A stretch of 32,000 bases of DNA from the NCBI GenBank assembly GCA_965224605.1, contig CBDCZP010000005.1, positions 301,434-333,433 of the forward strand, given 5' to 3'. Source of the DNA: Thiotrichaceae bacterium (GTDB lineage Bacteria; Pseudomonadota; Gammaproteobacteria; Thiotrichales; Thiotrichaceae). Made by a program: the position numbers and the translations under genes. A model generated the notes under the pieces. That model was not told the origin of the DNA and did not search any database. It saw only the letters and a list, made by a program, of their open reading frames with translations. This document shows positions 19,724 through 31,607 of the stretch, in pieces; positions within the stretch are counted from its first letter, which is position 1; each line of letters begins with the position of its first letter.

Positions 19724-21181
19724 TTACAAACTGGCCTTTATCGCCTCGGCACAAAGTGCCATTAATAAGCCAGGAAACAAACCTAAAGCAATAACTAGTA
19801 AGCCGTTAGTAGTTAGTAGTGCGTTAAACCCAGCACCCATCACTAAACTGCTCTCATCAGCTGGTTTGTCAAAATACATTAACTTGACTGCCCTTAAATA
19901 GTAGTACGCTCCAACTACCGACATAATGACAGCTAAAACAGCCAACCAGACAAAGCCTGCCTCCACTACTGCTTGCAGGATAGCGAGTTTAGCATAAAAA
20001 CCTACAAGAGGGGGAACACCTGCCATTGAGAACAGAAAAACAAGCATCATAAAGGCATACCAAGGGTGACGGTCATTCAAACCCCGTAAATCATCAAGCT
20101 TTTCTGCCTCTACTCCTGAATGGCTCAGCAACAGAATGATTGCAAAACCACCTAATGCAGTAATTGCATAGGTGATCGCATAAAACATGGCTGCTGAATA
20201 ACCTGCTTCATTGGCGCTCAAAATACCTAGCACCACAAAACCCATATGTGAAATGGTCGAATAGGCAAGCATCCGTTTGATATTGCTTTGAGCAATAGCG
20301 GCAATATTTCCAATCACCAGAGACAACACAGCCAAAGGGATAAGCATTTGTTGCCAACCTGCTGAACCAAACTCCATTCCATTCACTAATAACCGCATGG
20401 TCATAGCAAAAGCGGCAATCTTCGGCGCAGAACCCAGGAACATAGTGATGGGTGTTGGTGCCCCTTGATAAACATCAGGAACCCACATATGAAAAGGTGC
20501 CACACCGAACTTAAACCCTAGACCTACAATAATGAAACACAATCCAAATAACAGTACGATATTACTCATAATCTGCTGGTTTGCTACATAACTTGCGACA
20601 CCTTTTAAATCTATGGAGCCACTCAAACCGTACAATATGGACATGCCGTATAACAACATACCCGAAGCAATGGCTCCCAGCACAAAATACTTCATGGCTG
20701 CTTCTGAACCCCTACCATCATCCCTTCTAAAGGCAACTAACGCATACAATGACAATGAAAGCAGCTCAAGCCCCAGATAAACAACCAACATAGTGTTGGC
20801 TGAAATCATGATCATCATGCCCAAAGTAGCGAACATGCTTAAGGTATAAAACTCGCCTTTAAATATCTTACGATCAATAAGATAGGGACGTGCATAAATA
20901 AAAATCGCAACGACAATAAGCAACACAGACGTCTTTAGGACAATGGACATACTATCCAGTACAAACATGCCATTAAAGGCTTCCGTCTTATCACCACCGG
21001 AAGAAGCCACCACCAAAAATGCCGTAGTGAGCATGGCTCCTATTGCACAGATATAACCAATTGTGCGGCCTTTCTCCCCCGAAAACACATCAAGGAGCAA
21101 AATAAAACAGGTCGCTGAGAGCAGGAAAATTTCAGGCGTTGCCAAGCTAAAATTCATCACAGAACTGAATTCAAGATTCAT
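19724..21181 (-). CDS. nuoN: NADH:quinone oxidoreductase subunit N
   Basis: The 485-aa polytopic antiporter-like subunit is the last gene of the nuo cluster. Its start overlaps the nuoM stop by 1 nt (TAATG). Confidence 0.93.
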   Translation of the reverse strand: MNLEFSSVMNFSLATPEIFLLSATCFILLLDVFSGEKGRTIGYICAIGAMLTTAFLVVASSGGDKTEAFNGMFVLDSMSIVLKTSVLLIVVAIFIYARPYLIDRKIFKGEFYTLSMFATLGMMIMISANTMLVVYLGLELLSLSLYALVAFRRDDGRGSEAAMKYFVLGAIASGMLLYGMSILYGLSGSIDLKGVASYVANQQIMSNIVLLFGLCFIIVGLGFKFGVAPFHMWVPDVYQGAPTPITMFLGSAPKIAAFAMTMRLLVNGMEFGSAGWQQMLIPLAVLSLVIGNIAAIAQSNIKRMLAYSTISHMGFVVLGILSANEAGYSAAMFYAITYAITALGGFAIILLLSHSGVEAEKLDDLRGLNDRHPWYAFMMLVFLFSMAGVPPLVGFYAKLAILQAVVEAGFVWLAVLAVIMSVVGAYYYLRAVKLMYFDKPADESSLVMGAGFNALLTTNGLLVIALGLFPGLLMALCAEAIKASL

Positions 21182-22701
21182 TAGTTAACTCCTGGCAGTT
21201 TAGTCTGCGTCGCCAAATCAACAATATGCACAATGGTCGCTTCCATCACATGAAAGAGTGGCTGTGGCCACAAACCTAGTAACAATACGGAAAACGCTAA
21301 AATAGCAAGAATACTAAACTCCCGTTTATTGACATCCTGCAACATCGCCACCTCATCATTGGCTACACCACCAAACAACACACGTTTCACCAGCCATAAG
21401 GTATAACCCGCACCAACAATCAAAGTGGTCGCGGCAAGGAAAGCAATCCAGAAGCTAGCTTTAAAACTAGCGAGAATAACCATGAATTCACCGACAAAAC
21501 CGGAAGTGCCGGGTAAGCCGGTATTCGCCATCGCGAACAAAACAAAAAACGCGGTAAAGATAGGCATCGTATTAGCTACACCACCATAGGCATCAATCTC
21601 ACGCGTATGCATGCGGTCATACAGCACACCTATACACAGGAACATTGCACCGGATATAAATCCGTGAGAAATCATCTGCACCATACCGCCTTGTATGGCT
21701 AATACAGAACCTTCGTAGCTACCGGTATTGTTGTATATCGCGTAAACAAGGAAGAAACCAAGGGTTACGAAACCCATATGTGCAATGGAAGAATAAGCAA
21801 CCAGCTTCTTCATATCCTTTTGCACCAAGGCTACAAACCCTATATAGACAATAGCCGTGAGTGACATAAAGATCACTAACCAAGTGAGTTCACGCGCCGC
21901 ATCCGGCACCATCGGCAATGAGAATCTTAGGAAACCATAGCCACCTATCTTCAACATAATAGCTGCCAGAACAACTGAGCCACCTGTTGGTGCTTCTACG
22001 TGTGCATCAGGTAACCATGTATGCACAGGCCACATCGGCACTTTTACACCAAAGGCTATCAAGAAAGACAAGAAGATAAATATTTGTGGCGTTAGACCCA
22101 GTTCTAGCTGATACATATCAGCAATAGCAAAACTACCGCCTTTGTTATACATATAGATCAAGCTGATCAGCATGAAGACCGAACCGAAGAAGGTATACAG
22201 GAAGAACTTAATTGTTGCGTAAACACGATTAACGCCGCCCCATACACCAATGACGATAAACATCGGTATGAGCATCGCTTCGAAAAAGACATAAAACAAC
22301 ATGGCATCTTGGGCAGCAAACACACCATTGATAATACCTTCCATGATCAGGAACGCGGCCATATATTGCGCTGGCTTTTTCTGTATCACTTCCCAACCCG
22401 CTACGACTATTAAAATAGTAATAAAGGTATTAAGCAGAATTAACGGCATGGCTATACCATCAACACCCAAATGGTAGTAAATATTGAAAGTGTCAATCCA
22501 GACATGCCTTTCTTCAAACTGCATCAAGTGCGAGCTGGCATCAAATTCTGTCCATAATGGAATACTCGCTAAAAACGTTAGCACAGAAAAAATGAGCGCA
22601 ACAGGGCGCGAAAGCTTATCGCCAGCAACTAGCACTATCAAACCACCTATAATAGGTAGCCAGATAACAAGACTTAGTATTGCCCAACCTTCCATAAACA
22701 T
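21181..22701 (-). CDS. nuoM: NADH:quinone oxidoreductase subunit M
   Basis: The 506-aa antiporter-like subunit shows the motifs VPMWPVHTWLPDAHVEAPT and AYSSIAHMGF. It sits between nuoL and nuoN. Confidence 0.95.
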   Translation of the reverse strand: MFMEGWAILSLVIWLPIIGGLIVLVAGDKLSRPVALIFSVLTFLASIPLWTEFDASSHLMQFEERHVWIDTFNIYYHLGVDGIAMPLILLNTFITILIVVAGWEVIQKKPAQYMAAFLIMEGIINGVFAAQDAMLFYVFFEAMLIPMFIVIGVWGGVNRVYATIKFFLYTFFGSVFMLISLIYMYNKGGSFAIADMYQLELGLTPQIFIFLSFLIAFGVKVPMWPVHTWLPDAHVEAPTGGSVVLAAIMLKIGGYGFLRFSLPMVPDAARELTWLVIFMSLTAIVYIGFVALVQKDMKKLVAYSSIAHMGFVTLGFFLVYAIYNNTGSYEGSVLAIQGGMVQMISHGFISGAMFLCIGVLYDRMHTREIDAYGGVANTMPIFTAFFVLFAMANTGLPGTSGFVGEFMVILASFKASFWIAFLAATTLIVGAGYTLWLVKRVLFGGVANDEVAMLQDVNKREFSILAILAFSVLLLGLWPQPLFHVMEATIVHIVDLATQTKLPGVN

Positions 22702-22743
22702 TATTCCTATATTCCTGCCTAATATTTCTGCTTAGCTACTTGT

Positions 22744-24738
22744 CTACATGCCTGCTGTATAGATGACCCAACTCATCAGCGCCAGCACACCTATAATCAT
22801 TGAAAATGCGTAGTGATACATGTATCCCGTTTGCAAATGCTTCGACCATCCTGCTAACTTTTTCACAAAGGCTCCTGAATCATTAACAAGACCATTGTCT
22901 ATCAGCATACGATCGCCGAACTTCCATAAACCTTTACCCAGAGCAACGGCACCCCCTGCGAATACTTTTTGATTGAAATCATCAATAAAGTATTTATTAT
23001 CCAGCAAGGTATGCAACCAGCGGAAACGATTGTAGAACCATTCTGCGATCTCAGGCTTACGCAGATAAATAAACCATGCAGAAGCTAAACCACCCATAGC
23101 CAACCAGAATGGCGGAGCGGATAGTCCGTGTAAGATAAAGGCCAATACGCCATGATAATGATGTGCTATTTCTGAAATAAGCGAACCTTCTTCACCGACA
23201 CCTGCGATAGCACCCTTAAAGAAATCACCAACCACCATTGGGTCAAGCAAGTAGCCACTCAAAACTGCTGGAATGGCTAGTGCTATCAGTGGCACTGTCA
23301 CTACCCAAGGGGATTCTTTTAAGTGATGTTTGGTATGATCATCCATACGTTCTTCGCCGTGGAAAACCAAGAAGAACATTCTGAAGCTATAGAAAGCTGT
23401 CACAAATACACCAAGCAGAACCATCCAATAGGCAAACTGTGCGCCTGGAACCTGTGAAGCATGCACACCTTCTATAATTAAATCTTTTGAGAAGAAGCCT
23501 GAGAAACCTGGGAAGCCAATTAATGCCAGAGAACCAATTAATGAAGTCCAATAGGTAATCGGCATGTATTTCTTCAAACCGCCCATTTTGCGCATATCTT
23601 GCTCATGATGCATGGCAATAATGACAGAACCTGCGGCAAGGAATAACAACGCTTTGAAGAAAGCATGTGTCATTAAGTGGAATACAGCTGCGCCATAAAC
23701 ACCTGCTCCAAGAGCAACTGTCATATAACCAAGCTGTGAAAGCGTAGAATAGGCCACTACTCGTTTGATATCGTTTTGTACGATACCAATCAGCCCCATA
23801 AAGAAGGCAGTAATTGAACCTATAATCAGCACAACACTTAATGCCGTTGTACTCAGTTCGAATAATGGCGACATCCGTGCCACCATAAAGATACCCGCTG
23901 TTACCATGGTTGCAGCGTGTATCAAGGCAGAAATAGGAGTTGGGCCTTCCATAGAATCCGGTAGCCAAACATGTAATGGCACTTGTGCTGACTTACCCAT
24001 TGCGCCCACAAAGAGCAAAATACAAGCCAATGTAATGACAGACCACTCTGTTGTGCCAAAGATGTTAATGGTCTTACCCACCACACTAGGTGCAGCATCA
24101 AACACCTCTTGATAATCCATTGAACCGAAGTACATCAGCACAGCGGCTATGCCTAGCAAGAATCCAAAATCACCGACACGATTCACCAAAAAGGCTTTCA
24201 TGTTGGCAAAGATGGCTGTATCACGCGTAGACCAAAAACCAATTAACAAGTAGGAAACCAGTCCAACCGCTTCCCAGCCGAAGAACAACTGCATGAAGTT
24301 ATTGGACATAACCAGCATCAGCATGGAGAAGGTAAACAGTGAGATATAACTAAAGAAACGTTGATAACTATTGCGACCCACCAAGCTTTCTTCCGGCCAG
24401 TTGTGCTCATCATGTTCCATATAACCAATGGTATAAATATGCACCATTAATGAAACAAAGGTCACAACCACCATCATCATGGCAGTGAGATTATCAATCA
24501 GAAATCCAACATTAAAGGAAATACCTTCAATTGCCGCCCAAGTATAAACATTACCGTTATAGGTATTGCCATCAAAAGCAATATGTTTGAGCACTACAAA
24601 GGATAATATGCAAGCAATGGCAACTCCGCCTATAGTGGCGATATGCGCTGCTTTACGACCAATTTTGCCACCAAACACGCCAGCAATAATGGCACCAATA
24701 AGAGGAGCAAGCGGGATAGCTAGATAAATACTTTCCAT
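22744..24738 (-). CDS. nuoL: NADH:quinone oxidoreductase subunit L
   Basis: The 664-aa product is the longest antiporter-like subunit and has a C-terminal lateral-helix extension. Motifs include GKSAQVPLHVWLPDSMEGPTPISALIHAATMV. Confidence 0.95.
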   Translation of the reverse strand: MESIYLAIPLAPLIGAIIAGVFGGKIGRKAAHIATIGGVAIACILSFVVLKHIAFDGNTYNGNVYTWAAIEGISFNVGFLIDNLTAMMMVVVTFVSLMVHIYTIGYMEHDEHNWPEESLVGRNSYQRFFSYISLFTFSMLMLVMSNNFMQLFFGWEAVGLVSYLLIGFWSTRDTAIFANMKAFLVNRVGDFGFLLGIAAVLMYFGSMDYQEVFDAAPSVVGKTINIFGTTEWSVITLACILLFVGAMGKSAQVPLHVWLPDSMEGPTPISALIHAATMVTAGIFMVARMSPLFELSTTALSVVLIIGSITAFFMGLIGIVQNDIKRVVAYSTLSQLGYMTVALGAGVYGAAVFHLMTHAFFKALLFLAAGSVIIAMHHEQDMRKMGGLKKYMPITYWTSLIGSLALIGFPGFSGFFSKDLIIEGVHASQVPGAQFAYWMVLLGVFVTAFYSFRMFFLVFHGEERMDDHTKHHLKESPWVVTVPLIALAIPAVLSGYLLDPMVVGDFFKGAIAGVGEEGSLISEIAHHYHGVLAFILHGLSAPPFWLAMGGLASAWFIYLRKPEIAEWFYNRFRWLHTLLDNKYFIDDFNQKVFAGGAVALGKGLWKFGDRMLIDNGLVNDSGAFVKKLAGWSKHLQTGYMYHYAFSMIIGVLALMSWVIYTAGM

Positions 24739-24748
24739 ATTTCTACCC

Positions 24749-25066
24749 TTACCCCTTCATCTCATCAAGTTCTTGAACATTAATCGTGCCACGATTTCTA
24801 AACAGCACTACCAGTATCGCTAGTCCGATAGCAGCCTCGGCCGCTGCAACCGTTAATATGAAGAAGACAAACACCTGCCCTCCCATATCCTGATTGAAAT
24901 GCGAAAAGGCAATGAAGTTGATGTTCACAGCGAGTAGCATCAATTCAATACACATCAGGATAATCAACATATTCTTTCGATTTAGAAAGATACCCGCCAC
25001 ACTAATCGAGAACAGCAAAGCGCCAACAATGAGAAAATGAGATAATGGAATCATACTTTGTGCCAT
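24749..25066 (-). CDS. nuoK: NADH:quinone oxidoreductase subunit K
   Basis: The 105-aa three-TM protein shows MIPLSHFL...[12 protein letters not shown]...[13 protein letters not shown]. An alternative start at the fifth codon (ATG at 25054-25052) is possible. Confidence 0.93.
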   Translation of the reverse strand: MAQSMIPLSHFLIVGALLFSISVAGIFLNRKNMLIILMCIELMLLAVNINFIAFSHFNQDMGGQVFVFFILTVAAAEAAIGLAILVVLFRNRGTINVQELDEMKG

Positions 25067-25067
25067 C

Positions 25068-25691
25068 TTATTCGCCTCCTTCTTTGCTTGCTGGTTTGTT
25101 GACCGATTTCATTTTTATGACTTTTAACCGATCTGAGCTTTTCACTCGAACCTGTTGAGAAATATTCTGCGATTTAGTACTGGGATCACGTTTACGATGG
25201 GTCAATACGATAGCCGCAATAATCGCTACCACTAAAATCACGGCTGCAATCTCAAACGGATACACATAATCTGTATATAGAATCTCACCCAGCGCTTCTG
25301 TATTACTGTAATCAGCTGCTTTCCGTACCGGTGCTACCACCGTTTTTAAGGAATCTGCTGTCAGCACAAAAATCATTTCAGCGGCTACTGCAACCGCAAC
25401 CAACAGCCCTACCGGCAGATAACGAATAAAGCCTTCTCGCAAAATATCAATATTGATATCCAACATCATAATCACGAAGAGGAACAACACCATAACTGCG
25501 CCAACATAAACAAGGATCAGCACGATACCTAGAAACTCCGCTTCCAACATTATCCAGATAGCTGAGCTACTGAAAAACGCAAGTATCAGGAACAATGCGG
25601 CATACACAGGGTTTCGCACGGTCACGACACTGACTGCCGCGGCAACTAACACACCTGCAAATACATAAAATATGATTTGTTCAATACTCAT
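25068..25691 (-). CDS. nuoJ: NADH:quinone oxidoreductase subunit J
   Basis: The 207-aa product has a hydrophobic N-terminal part typical of NuoJ ([15 protein letters not shown]...[17 protein letters not shown]) and a basic C-terminal tail. It sits between nuoI and nuoK. Confidence 0.9.
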   Translation of the reverse strand: MSIEQIIFYVFAGVLVAAAVSVVTVRNPVYAALFLILAFFSSSAIWIMLEAEFLGIVLILVYVGAVMVLFLFVIMMLDINIDILREGFIRYLPVGLLVAVAVAAEMIFVLTADSLKTVVAPVRKAADYSNTEALGEILYTDYVYPFEIAAVILVVAIIAAIVLTHRKRDPSTKSQNISQQVRVKSSDRLKVIKMKSVNKPASKEGGE

Positions 25692-25728
25692 AAGTATTTA
25701 ATCTATAGTTCTCAAATTAGTTATTAGT

Positions 25729-26220
25729 TTATTTGTAGGGGGCATCTGCAGCCTTATCCTTGGTAATCATTGCTGCATGCTTATCACCAAAAGCCAACAA
25801 CTTTTCCTTAGTCATAATGTTTTCACCACGCTCTTCAAAATGATATTCAAAGATACGGGTCTCTACAATGGCATCGACCGGACAGGCTTCTTCACAGAAC
25901 CCACAATAGATACACTTAAACATATCAATATCGTATTTAGTGGTACGGCGCGTACCATCATCACGTTCTTCCAGATCAATAGTGATGGCTAGTGCTGGAC
26001 ACACGGCCTCGCACAACTTACAAGCTATACAGCGTTCTTCGCCATTCGGATAACGCATTAAAGCGTGATGACCCCGGAAGCGTGGTGATATCGGTGTCTT
26101 TTCTTCTGGATATTGAATAGTTATTTTTCGGGTGAACAAGCGCTTACCCGTCAACTGCATACCTTTCAATAGCTCAAAAAGCGTAAACGACTTAATCCAA
26201 TGTTGTACTGTGGCGATCAT
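25729..26220 (-). CDS. nuoI: NADH:quinone oxidoreductase subunit I (2x[4Fe-4S] ferredoxin-type)
   Basis: It has two CxxCxxCxxxCP motifs: [12 protein letters not shown] and [12 protein letters not shown]. Confidence 0.96.
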   Translation of the reverse strand: MIATVQHWIKSFTLFELLKGMQLTGKRLFTRKITIQYPEEKTPISPRFRGHHALMRYPNGEERCIACKLCEAVCPALAITIDLEERDDGTRRTTKYDIDMFKCIYCGFCEEACPVDAIVETRIFEYHFEERGENIMTKEKLLAFGDKHAAMITKDKAADAPYK

Positions 26221-26257
26221 AGCTGACCTCCTGCTTTATGCGTCAAAATCATCAGCA

Positions 26258-27322
26258 TCATAACCATGGTTTCCACCCCAGACCGATAGCCACACCTTCT
26301 GCGAAGATATAGACCAATGTAACCGGAATTAATATTTTCCATCCAAGACGCATAATCTGATCATAACGATAACGCGGGAACGTAGCCCGAAACCAAAGAT
26401 ACATGAAAATAAAGAAGGCGATTTTCAGGAAGAACCAATGAATACCATTACCAAACAAGATACCGATATAGGGTAAATCCGTTAGCATGGTGACATTTTC
26501 AAAAGGTGATAACCAACCACCCATAAACAGAATGGCTGCAACTGCTGAGATCAACAGCATGTTAGCGTATTCTCCTAAGAAAAATAACGCAAATGCCATG
26601 CCTGAGTACTCTACATGGAAGCCGGCAACAATCTCTGACTCACCTTCAGCCACATCAAATGGAGCACGATTGGTTTCCGCCACACCTGAGATAAAATACA
26701 CTACCATCAAGCCGAACAACGGCCACATAAACCACTGACTAATGCCACCTGATTGAGCTAAGACAATTTCACTCAAACTCAAGCTTCCTGCCGCCATTAA
26801 CACACCCACCAAAGCAAAGCCCATCGCGATCTCATAAGAGACAACCTGAGCACCTGCTCGCATGGCGCTTAAAATGGCATATTTTGAATTCGATGCCCAA
26901 CCCGCAAGAATAATACCGAATACATCCAGCGAGGTAATCGCCAGAATAAACAACAGTCCTACGTTGATATCAGCTAACGCCCAACCCGATTGAAACGGAA
27001 TCACAGCCCAAGCCACAAGCGCTGGTGTTAATGCCATAACAGGAGCAAAATAGAAGACGAATGTGTTGGCTTTAGTCGGAAGGATGACTTCCTTGAACAT
27101 CAATTTTACAGTATCCGCTATAGGCTGTAACCAGCCTTTCGGCCCTACACGATTAGGCCCAAGACGAACCTGCATATAACCAATAATTTTTCTTTCAGCA
27201 TACGTGGTATAAGCAACCGCTAAAATCAGCGGCAACACAATAGCTACAATTTTCAACAGTATCACAATCAGCGTCTGTAACGCTTCTGGCACTGTATTCC
27301 AAATTGAAATTAAGCTATCCAT
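26258..27322 (-). CDS. nuoH: NADH:quinone oxidoreductase subunit H
   Basis: It shows [20 protein letters not shown] and other NuoH motifs. The ORF track starts it at TTG 27328. I prefer the ATG at 27322-27320 (MDSLISIW...), which forms a TAATG overlap with the nuoG stop, like the other junctions in the operon. Confidence 0.93.
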   Translation of the reverse strand: MDSLISIWNTVPEALQTLIVILLKIVAIVLPLILAVAYTTYAERKIIGYMQVRLGPNRVGPKGWLQPIADTVKLMFKEVILPTKANTFVFYFAPVMALTPALVAWAVIPFQSGWALADINVGLLFILAITSLDVFGIILAGWASNSKYAILSAMRAGAQVVSYEIAMGFALVGVLMAAGSLSLSEIVLAQSGGISQWFMWPLFGLMVVYFISGVAETNRAPFDVAEGESEIVAGFHVEYSGMAFALFFLGEYANMLLISAVAAILFMGGWLSPFENVTMLTDLPYIGILFGNGIHWFFLKIAFFIFMYLWFRATFPRYRYDQIMRLGWKILIPVTLVYIFAEGVAIGLGWKPWL

Positions 27323-29700
27323 TAACAATCACCCTGAATATCAACAAGCCCATATGAAGCACCCAATGATGCTGCTTTGTTTGTAGCCGCCAACATATAC
27401 AGACAGCCTTCGGGAATATCACTATCAGCAATCAAGCTCATAACGATGCGTCCATCACCTTGCTGAACCGTTACAGATTCACATTCACCTAAACCGGCAC
27501 TTTCAATATCAACGGGATTTAGTCGAACTGAATTTCTCTCTTGTGAAAATGTCTTTTGCAAGGCCGTTGCACGGCGTGTTAGTCCATCTATAGAATAGGC
27601 ATGCACTGAACTAATACGTTGTAAGCCTTTAGACCCCGATCCCGAATCCGAACCCAGCGATTGTTCTGCTACTTCAAACACATCCGAATCATCGAATATT
27701 CTGCTGTTGTCTTTTACTAATGTCACTTTTTCATTGAATTCTTTGAGCACATCTTCGCTACTCATATAGTTAAAGCCATCTACTTCCATGGTATTACCTA
27801 ATACTCGCAATACTTTCCAACCAGGCTTCACGGAATCTGCCACTTTAGCAACTGCCCGGAAAGACTGTTGTACACCTTCAGCATTAATGAACGTTCCAGA
27901 GGTTTCAGCAAAAGTAGAAATAGGTAGTAAAATGTCTGCGCATGCACGTAGCTTATCACTGGCAAAGGACGTTAAGGCGATCACTTTCGCATGATGCATA
28001 GCGGCATCAGCTTTTTGTGGATCATCAAAGTCAAAACTTGGATCAACATCCAGTAAAACAAATGTTTTCATTGCCCGCATAAACATATCGGCAACATCCA
28101 GCCCTTTTGCACCGGATGCTTCACCACCCGCTACGCGATGAGGTACATTGCCAGTCAACCAAGCGCCCACCGTGTTAGCGGATTCTGCTAGATATCCCAA
28201 TGAAGCATTTGTATTGCTTGCGATAGTCGCTGCCAACGCTCTAAGTGTTGCGTAATTCGGGTGCTGAACGGCCAGATTACCTAATAAGACGGTGGCATTT
28301 TCTGCCCCCTTTAATATTTCGACAATCTTGGTCGCCTGATCATCTGCTTCTTGCTTCAGCTCTGCCAGTTGCTCAGGAAGATCTCCACTTGCACTTGTTA
28401 TTCCAGCTAACGCTTTAACCAACCCAGCAGGGGTAGACACAATCTCGTGTTCAACCGCATAGTTAAAAGAAACTTTAACAGGGTTAATAACAATGACTTT
28501 TGCACCGTTAAGCACAGCCTTGCGAAGGCGATGATTAGCCATCGGCTGTTCACGACGCACATCAGAGCCAATCAAGACAACCACATCTTTTTGCTCTAGC
28601 TCAGGTAGAGTTGCACCCAGCCAAGGAAATTGGGGTTCTTTGCCTTGATCAGAAAAATCAGTTTGGCGCAAGCGATGATCAATATTCGCCACACCCTTTG
28701 CGCGCATGAGTTTTTGCAGCAAATAAAGCTCTTCTGTTGTAGCTCGTGATGATGCCAGCACGCCTATTTGATCAGGATCTGAGTTATTTAAATGATCAGC
28801 AACATGGTCTAAAGCAGCATCCCAGGTGATCGTTTGCCAGTGACCATCAACCTTTATCATTGGCTCTTCTAATCTATCTTCAGCATCTAGACCTTGATAA
28901 CTAAAACGATCTCTATCTGATATCCAACATTCGTTAATATCTTCGTTATCACGTGGGATAGAGCGAATCACCTTGCCATTAAAAGTATGTAAATTAATAT
29001 TGGAGCCAACCGAATCATGCGATGCAATAGAAGGATATTGATTGACCTCCCATGCTCTGGCTTTATAGCGCGAAGGTCTTGCGGTTAATGCGCCTACTGG
29101 ACAAACATCAATGATATTTCCAGATAGCTCTGACGTTAGGCTTTTTTCAATATACGTGCCGATAGCCATAGTTTCACCACGACCGGTCGCACCCAGTTCG
29201 CGCATTCCGGCAATTTCCTCTCCAAAACGGACACAGCGTGTACATTGAATACAGCGTGTCATTTCTGTAGAAATCAAAGGGCCGATATCCTTATCCACTA
29301 CCACACGTTTCATTTCATGATAATTGGAAGAACTACTACCGTGCGCTATAGATAAATCTTGTAATTCACACTCACCACCCTGATCGCAAATTGGGCAGTC
29401 TAGCGGATGATTAATCAGCAGAAACTCCATTGTGGATTTTTGTGCAGATACCGCTCTCTCTGATCGGGTGAGCACTTTCATGCCTTCCATCACGGGTGTA
29501 GCACAAGCCGGCATAGGCTTCGGGGCTTTTTCTACATCGACCAAACACATCCGACAATTGGCGGCGATTGATAGTTTTTTGTGGTAACAAAAACGAGGAA
29601 TATGAATACCTTTGTCATCGGCCACATCTATTAACATGGTGCCAGGTTTAGCTTGGATTTTCTCATTGTTAATAGTCAGGGTGATCATATCTTCGCTCAT
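27322..29700 (-). CDS. nuoG: NADH:quinone oxidoreductase subunit G (75-kDa Fe-S subunit)
   Basis: The N-terminal 2Fe-2S and 4Fe-4S Cys motifs are [37 protein letters not shown] and [11 protein letters not shown] molybdopterin-like domain follows. It has an ATGA overlap with nuoF. Confidence 0.96.
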   Translation of the reverse strand: MSEDMITLTINNEKIQAKPGTMLIDVADDKGIHIPRFCYHKKLSIAANCRMCLVDVEKAPKPMPACATPVMEGMKVLTRSERAVSAQKSTMEFLLINHPLDCPICDQGGECELQDLSIAHGSSSSNYHEMKRVVVDKDIGPLISTEMTRCIQCTRCVRFGEEIAGMRELGATGRGETMAIGTYIEKSLTSELSGNIIDVCPVGALTARPSRYKARAWEVNQYPSIASHDSVGSNINLHTFNGKVIRSIPRDNEDINECWISDRDRFSYQGLDAEDRLEEPMIKVDGHWQTITWDAALDHVADHLNNSDPDQIGVLASSRATTEELYLLQKLMRAKGVANIDHRLRQTDFSDQGKEPQFPWLGATLPELEQKDVVVLIGSDVRREQPMANHRLRKAVLNGAKVIVINPVKVSFNYAVEHEIVSTPAGLVKALAGITSASGDLPEQLAELKQEADDQATKIVEILKGAENATVLLGNLAVQHPNYATLRALAATIASNTNASLGYLAESANTVGAWLTGNVPHRVAGGEASGAKGLDVADMFMRAMKTFVLLDVDPSFDFDDPQKADAAMHHAKVIALTSFASDKLRACADILLPISTFAETSGTFINAEGVQQSFRAVAKVADSVKPGWKVLRVLGNTMEVDGFNYMSSEDVLKEFNEKVTLVKDNSRIFDDSDVFEVAEQSLGSDSGSGSKGLQRISSVHAYSIDGLTRRATALQKTFSQERNSVRLNPVDIESAGLGECESVTVQQGDGRIVMSLIADSDIPEGCLYMLAATNKAASLGASYGLVDIQGDC

Positions 29701-31046
29701 GAAACACCTCCACTACTATTAGTTTGGTTAACTTGGCTACTTACAGGGCTACCAACACCACTCGCTGTTTCCGTACCCACCATGCTATGACCATGTTTGA
29801 CGTAATACTCGAATTCATGGCGATAGTGTTTGATGAAGCTCCACACTGGCATTGCCGCCGCATCACCTAACGCACAAATAGTACGGCCTTCGATTTTATG
29901 AGCTACATCGTCTAACCGGTCGATGTCTTCCATAGCTCCCTGACCATTCACAATACGTGTCAACATGCGATACAACCAACCTGTGCCTTCCCTACAAGGA
30001 GTACATTGACCACAAGATTCTGAGTGATAAAAGCGTGAAATCCGTTGTAAGAGCTTGACCATATCGGTCTGATCATCAATCACCATGACCGCACCGGATC
30101 CCAGAAAAGAACCTGCGCTTTGAATGGTATCGTAGTCCATTGTCAGCTTCATCATCTCTTCGCCTGGCAATACAGGGACTGAAGAGCCTCCGGGGATAAC
30201 CGCTTTTAGCTTGCGTCCTTTCCAGACTCCACCCGCCATTTCTAATAATTCGGGAAAAGGCATACCTAGTGGAATTTCGAAGTTACCTGGGTTTTCTAAA
30301 TGCCCTGACATGGAGAACAGCTTCTCACCACCAGCTCCTTCTACACCCATTTTCGCAAACCATTCACCACCATTATTGATAATGGAGGGGATAGAAGCTA
30401 AAGATTCTGTGTTATTGATCGTAGTGGGTCTTCCATATAGACCGTAACTAGCAGGGAAAGGAGGCTTAAAGCGAGGTTGTCCTTTCTTGCCTTCCAAGGA
30501 TTCAAGCAATGCGGTTTCTTCACCGCAAATATAAGCACCAGCACCCAGTGCCCCATAAAGATCAAAATCAACACCCGTGCCTTTAATGTCTTTACCAAGC
30601 CAGCCTTGTTCATAAGCTTCTTTTACCGCTTGTTCAAAGTTTATAGAGGGCTCATCCATAAACTCACCACGCATGTAGTTATACCCTACCGTTGCGCCGA
30701 TGGAATAACCCGCAATCGCCATCCCTTCAACCAAGGCATGAGGGTTAAAGCGTAAAATGTCTCTGTCTTTACAGGTACCTGGCTCAGACTCATCCGAGTT
30801 ACAAACGATGTATTTTTGCCCGGGCATGTCTTTGGGCATAAAGCTCCATTTCAAGCCCGTTGGAAATCCAGCACCACCACGACCACGCAGACCGGATGTT
30901 TTTACTTCAGCAATCACATCATCGGGTGACATTTTTTCTTCGAGTATTTTCTTCCAGGCTTGATAACCACCTACTTTTAAATAGCTTTCAAGCGTATGGG
31001 CTTCATCACCAAACTGCTTAGTTGTAAAACATACTTGATCTACCAT
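29697..31046 (-). CDS. nuoF: NADH:quinone oxidoreductase subunit F (FMN/NADH-binding)
   Basis: It shows [16 protein letters not shown] (FMN site), the [14 protein letters not shown] region and [11 protein letters not shown] (4Fe-4S). Confidence 0.97.
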   Translation of the reverse strand: MVDQVCFTTKQFGDEAHTLESYLKVGGYQAWKKILEEKMSPDDVIAEVKTSGLRGRGGAGFPTGLKWSFMPKDMPGQKYIVCNSDESEPGTCKDRDILRFNPHALVEGMAIAGYSIGATVGYNYMRGEFMDEPSINFEQAVKEAYEQGWLGKDIKGTGVDFDLYGALGAGAYICGEETALLESLEGKKGQPRFKPPFPASYGLYGRPTTINNTESLASIPSIINNGGEWFAKMGVEGAGGEKLFSMSGHLENPGNFEIPLGMPFPELLEMAGGVWKGRKLKAVIPGGSSVPVLPGEEMMKLTMDYDTIQSAGSFLGSGAVMVIDDQTDMVKLLQRISRFYHSESCGQCTPCREGTGWLYRMLTRIVNGQGAMEDIDRLDDVAHKIEGRTICALGDAAAMPVWSFIKHYRHEFEYYVKHGHSMVGTETASGVGSPVSSQVNQTNSSGGVS

Positions 31047-31049
31047 GTT

Positions 31050-31607
31050 CTATCCCTCCTCATTATCAGTACCGCCATCAATACCGTCCAAAATGGCATC
31101 AATCTTTTCAGGGGTTAAGTCAGTATGATAAACATGATCAACCTGCATCATGGGTGCGCTTGAACAAGCAGCCAAACATTCTTCTTCAATTTTTAAGTAA
31201 AACTTACCGTCTTTAGTCGATTCGCCCAGTTTCGCATCTAGTTTCTTTTCAATATACTCAACGATCTCATCTGATCCACGTAACATGCATGACACATTAG
31301 TGCAGATGGCAATACTATGACGCGCGGCGGCTTTCTCATCCAGTTCATACATAGAATAAAAGCTGGCAACTTCATAAACAGTGATCTCATCTAAACCTAG
31401 ATAATCAGCCACCGCATCCATCTTGGGAATAGAAATATAATGATCTTCATGCATGACAGCACGTAATGCGGCTAACAATGCAGATTGTTTTTTATCTTCT
31501 GGGAAACGAGCCAACCAGTGATCTATATCTTCTTTTTCATGAGTCGATAGTAAATCACTTTTTCTTGAGAGTTGTTTTTCATCTATCTTTTTATTTAGCG
31601 CGGTCAT
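31050..31607 (-). CDS. nuoE: NADH:quinone oxidoreductase subunit E (2Fe-2S)
   Basis: The thioredoxin-like 2Fe-2S ligands are ICTNVSCML (Cx4C) and ECLAACSSAP (Cx3C). It has a TAATG overlap with nuoD. Confidence 0.94.
   Translation of the reverse strand: MTALNKKIDEKQLSRKSDLLSTHEKEDIDHWLARFPEDKKQSALLAALRAVMHEDHYISIPKMDAVADYLGLDEITVYEVASFYSMYELDEKAAARHSIAICTNVSCMLRGSDEIVEYIEKKLDAKLGESTKDGKFYLKIEEECLAACSSAPMMQVDHVYHTDLTPEKIDAILDGIDGGTDNEEG

Noticed and set aside
23603-24112. 121-aa same-strand alternative-frame ORF and 115-aa antisense ORF inside nuoL, considered as overlapping genes
   Set aside because: The products are Cys/Tyr/Trp/Arg-rich or Ile/Thr/Ser-rich with no start-site signals. nuoL is continuous and conserved through this region, so there is no independent evidence for overprinting.
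19724-24738. Internal similarity among the three large membrane genes, considered as a possible repeat or duplication
   Set aside because: It is explained by the established paralogy of NuoL, NuoM and NuoN, the Mrp antiporter-like subunits.
25068-31607. Terminal extensions: the NuoF Ser/Gly-rich C-terminal tail (about 28 aa), the NuoJ basic C-terminal tail (about 40 aa) and the NuoE N-terminal extension (about 30 aa)
   Set aside because: Lineage-specific low-complexity tails on complex I subunits are common, and nothing in the sequence suggests a separate function or a fused domain.
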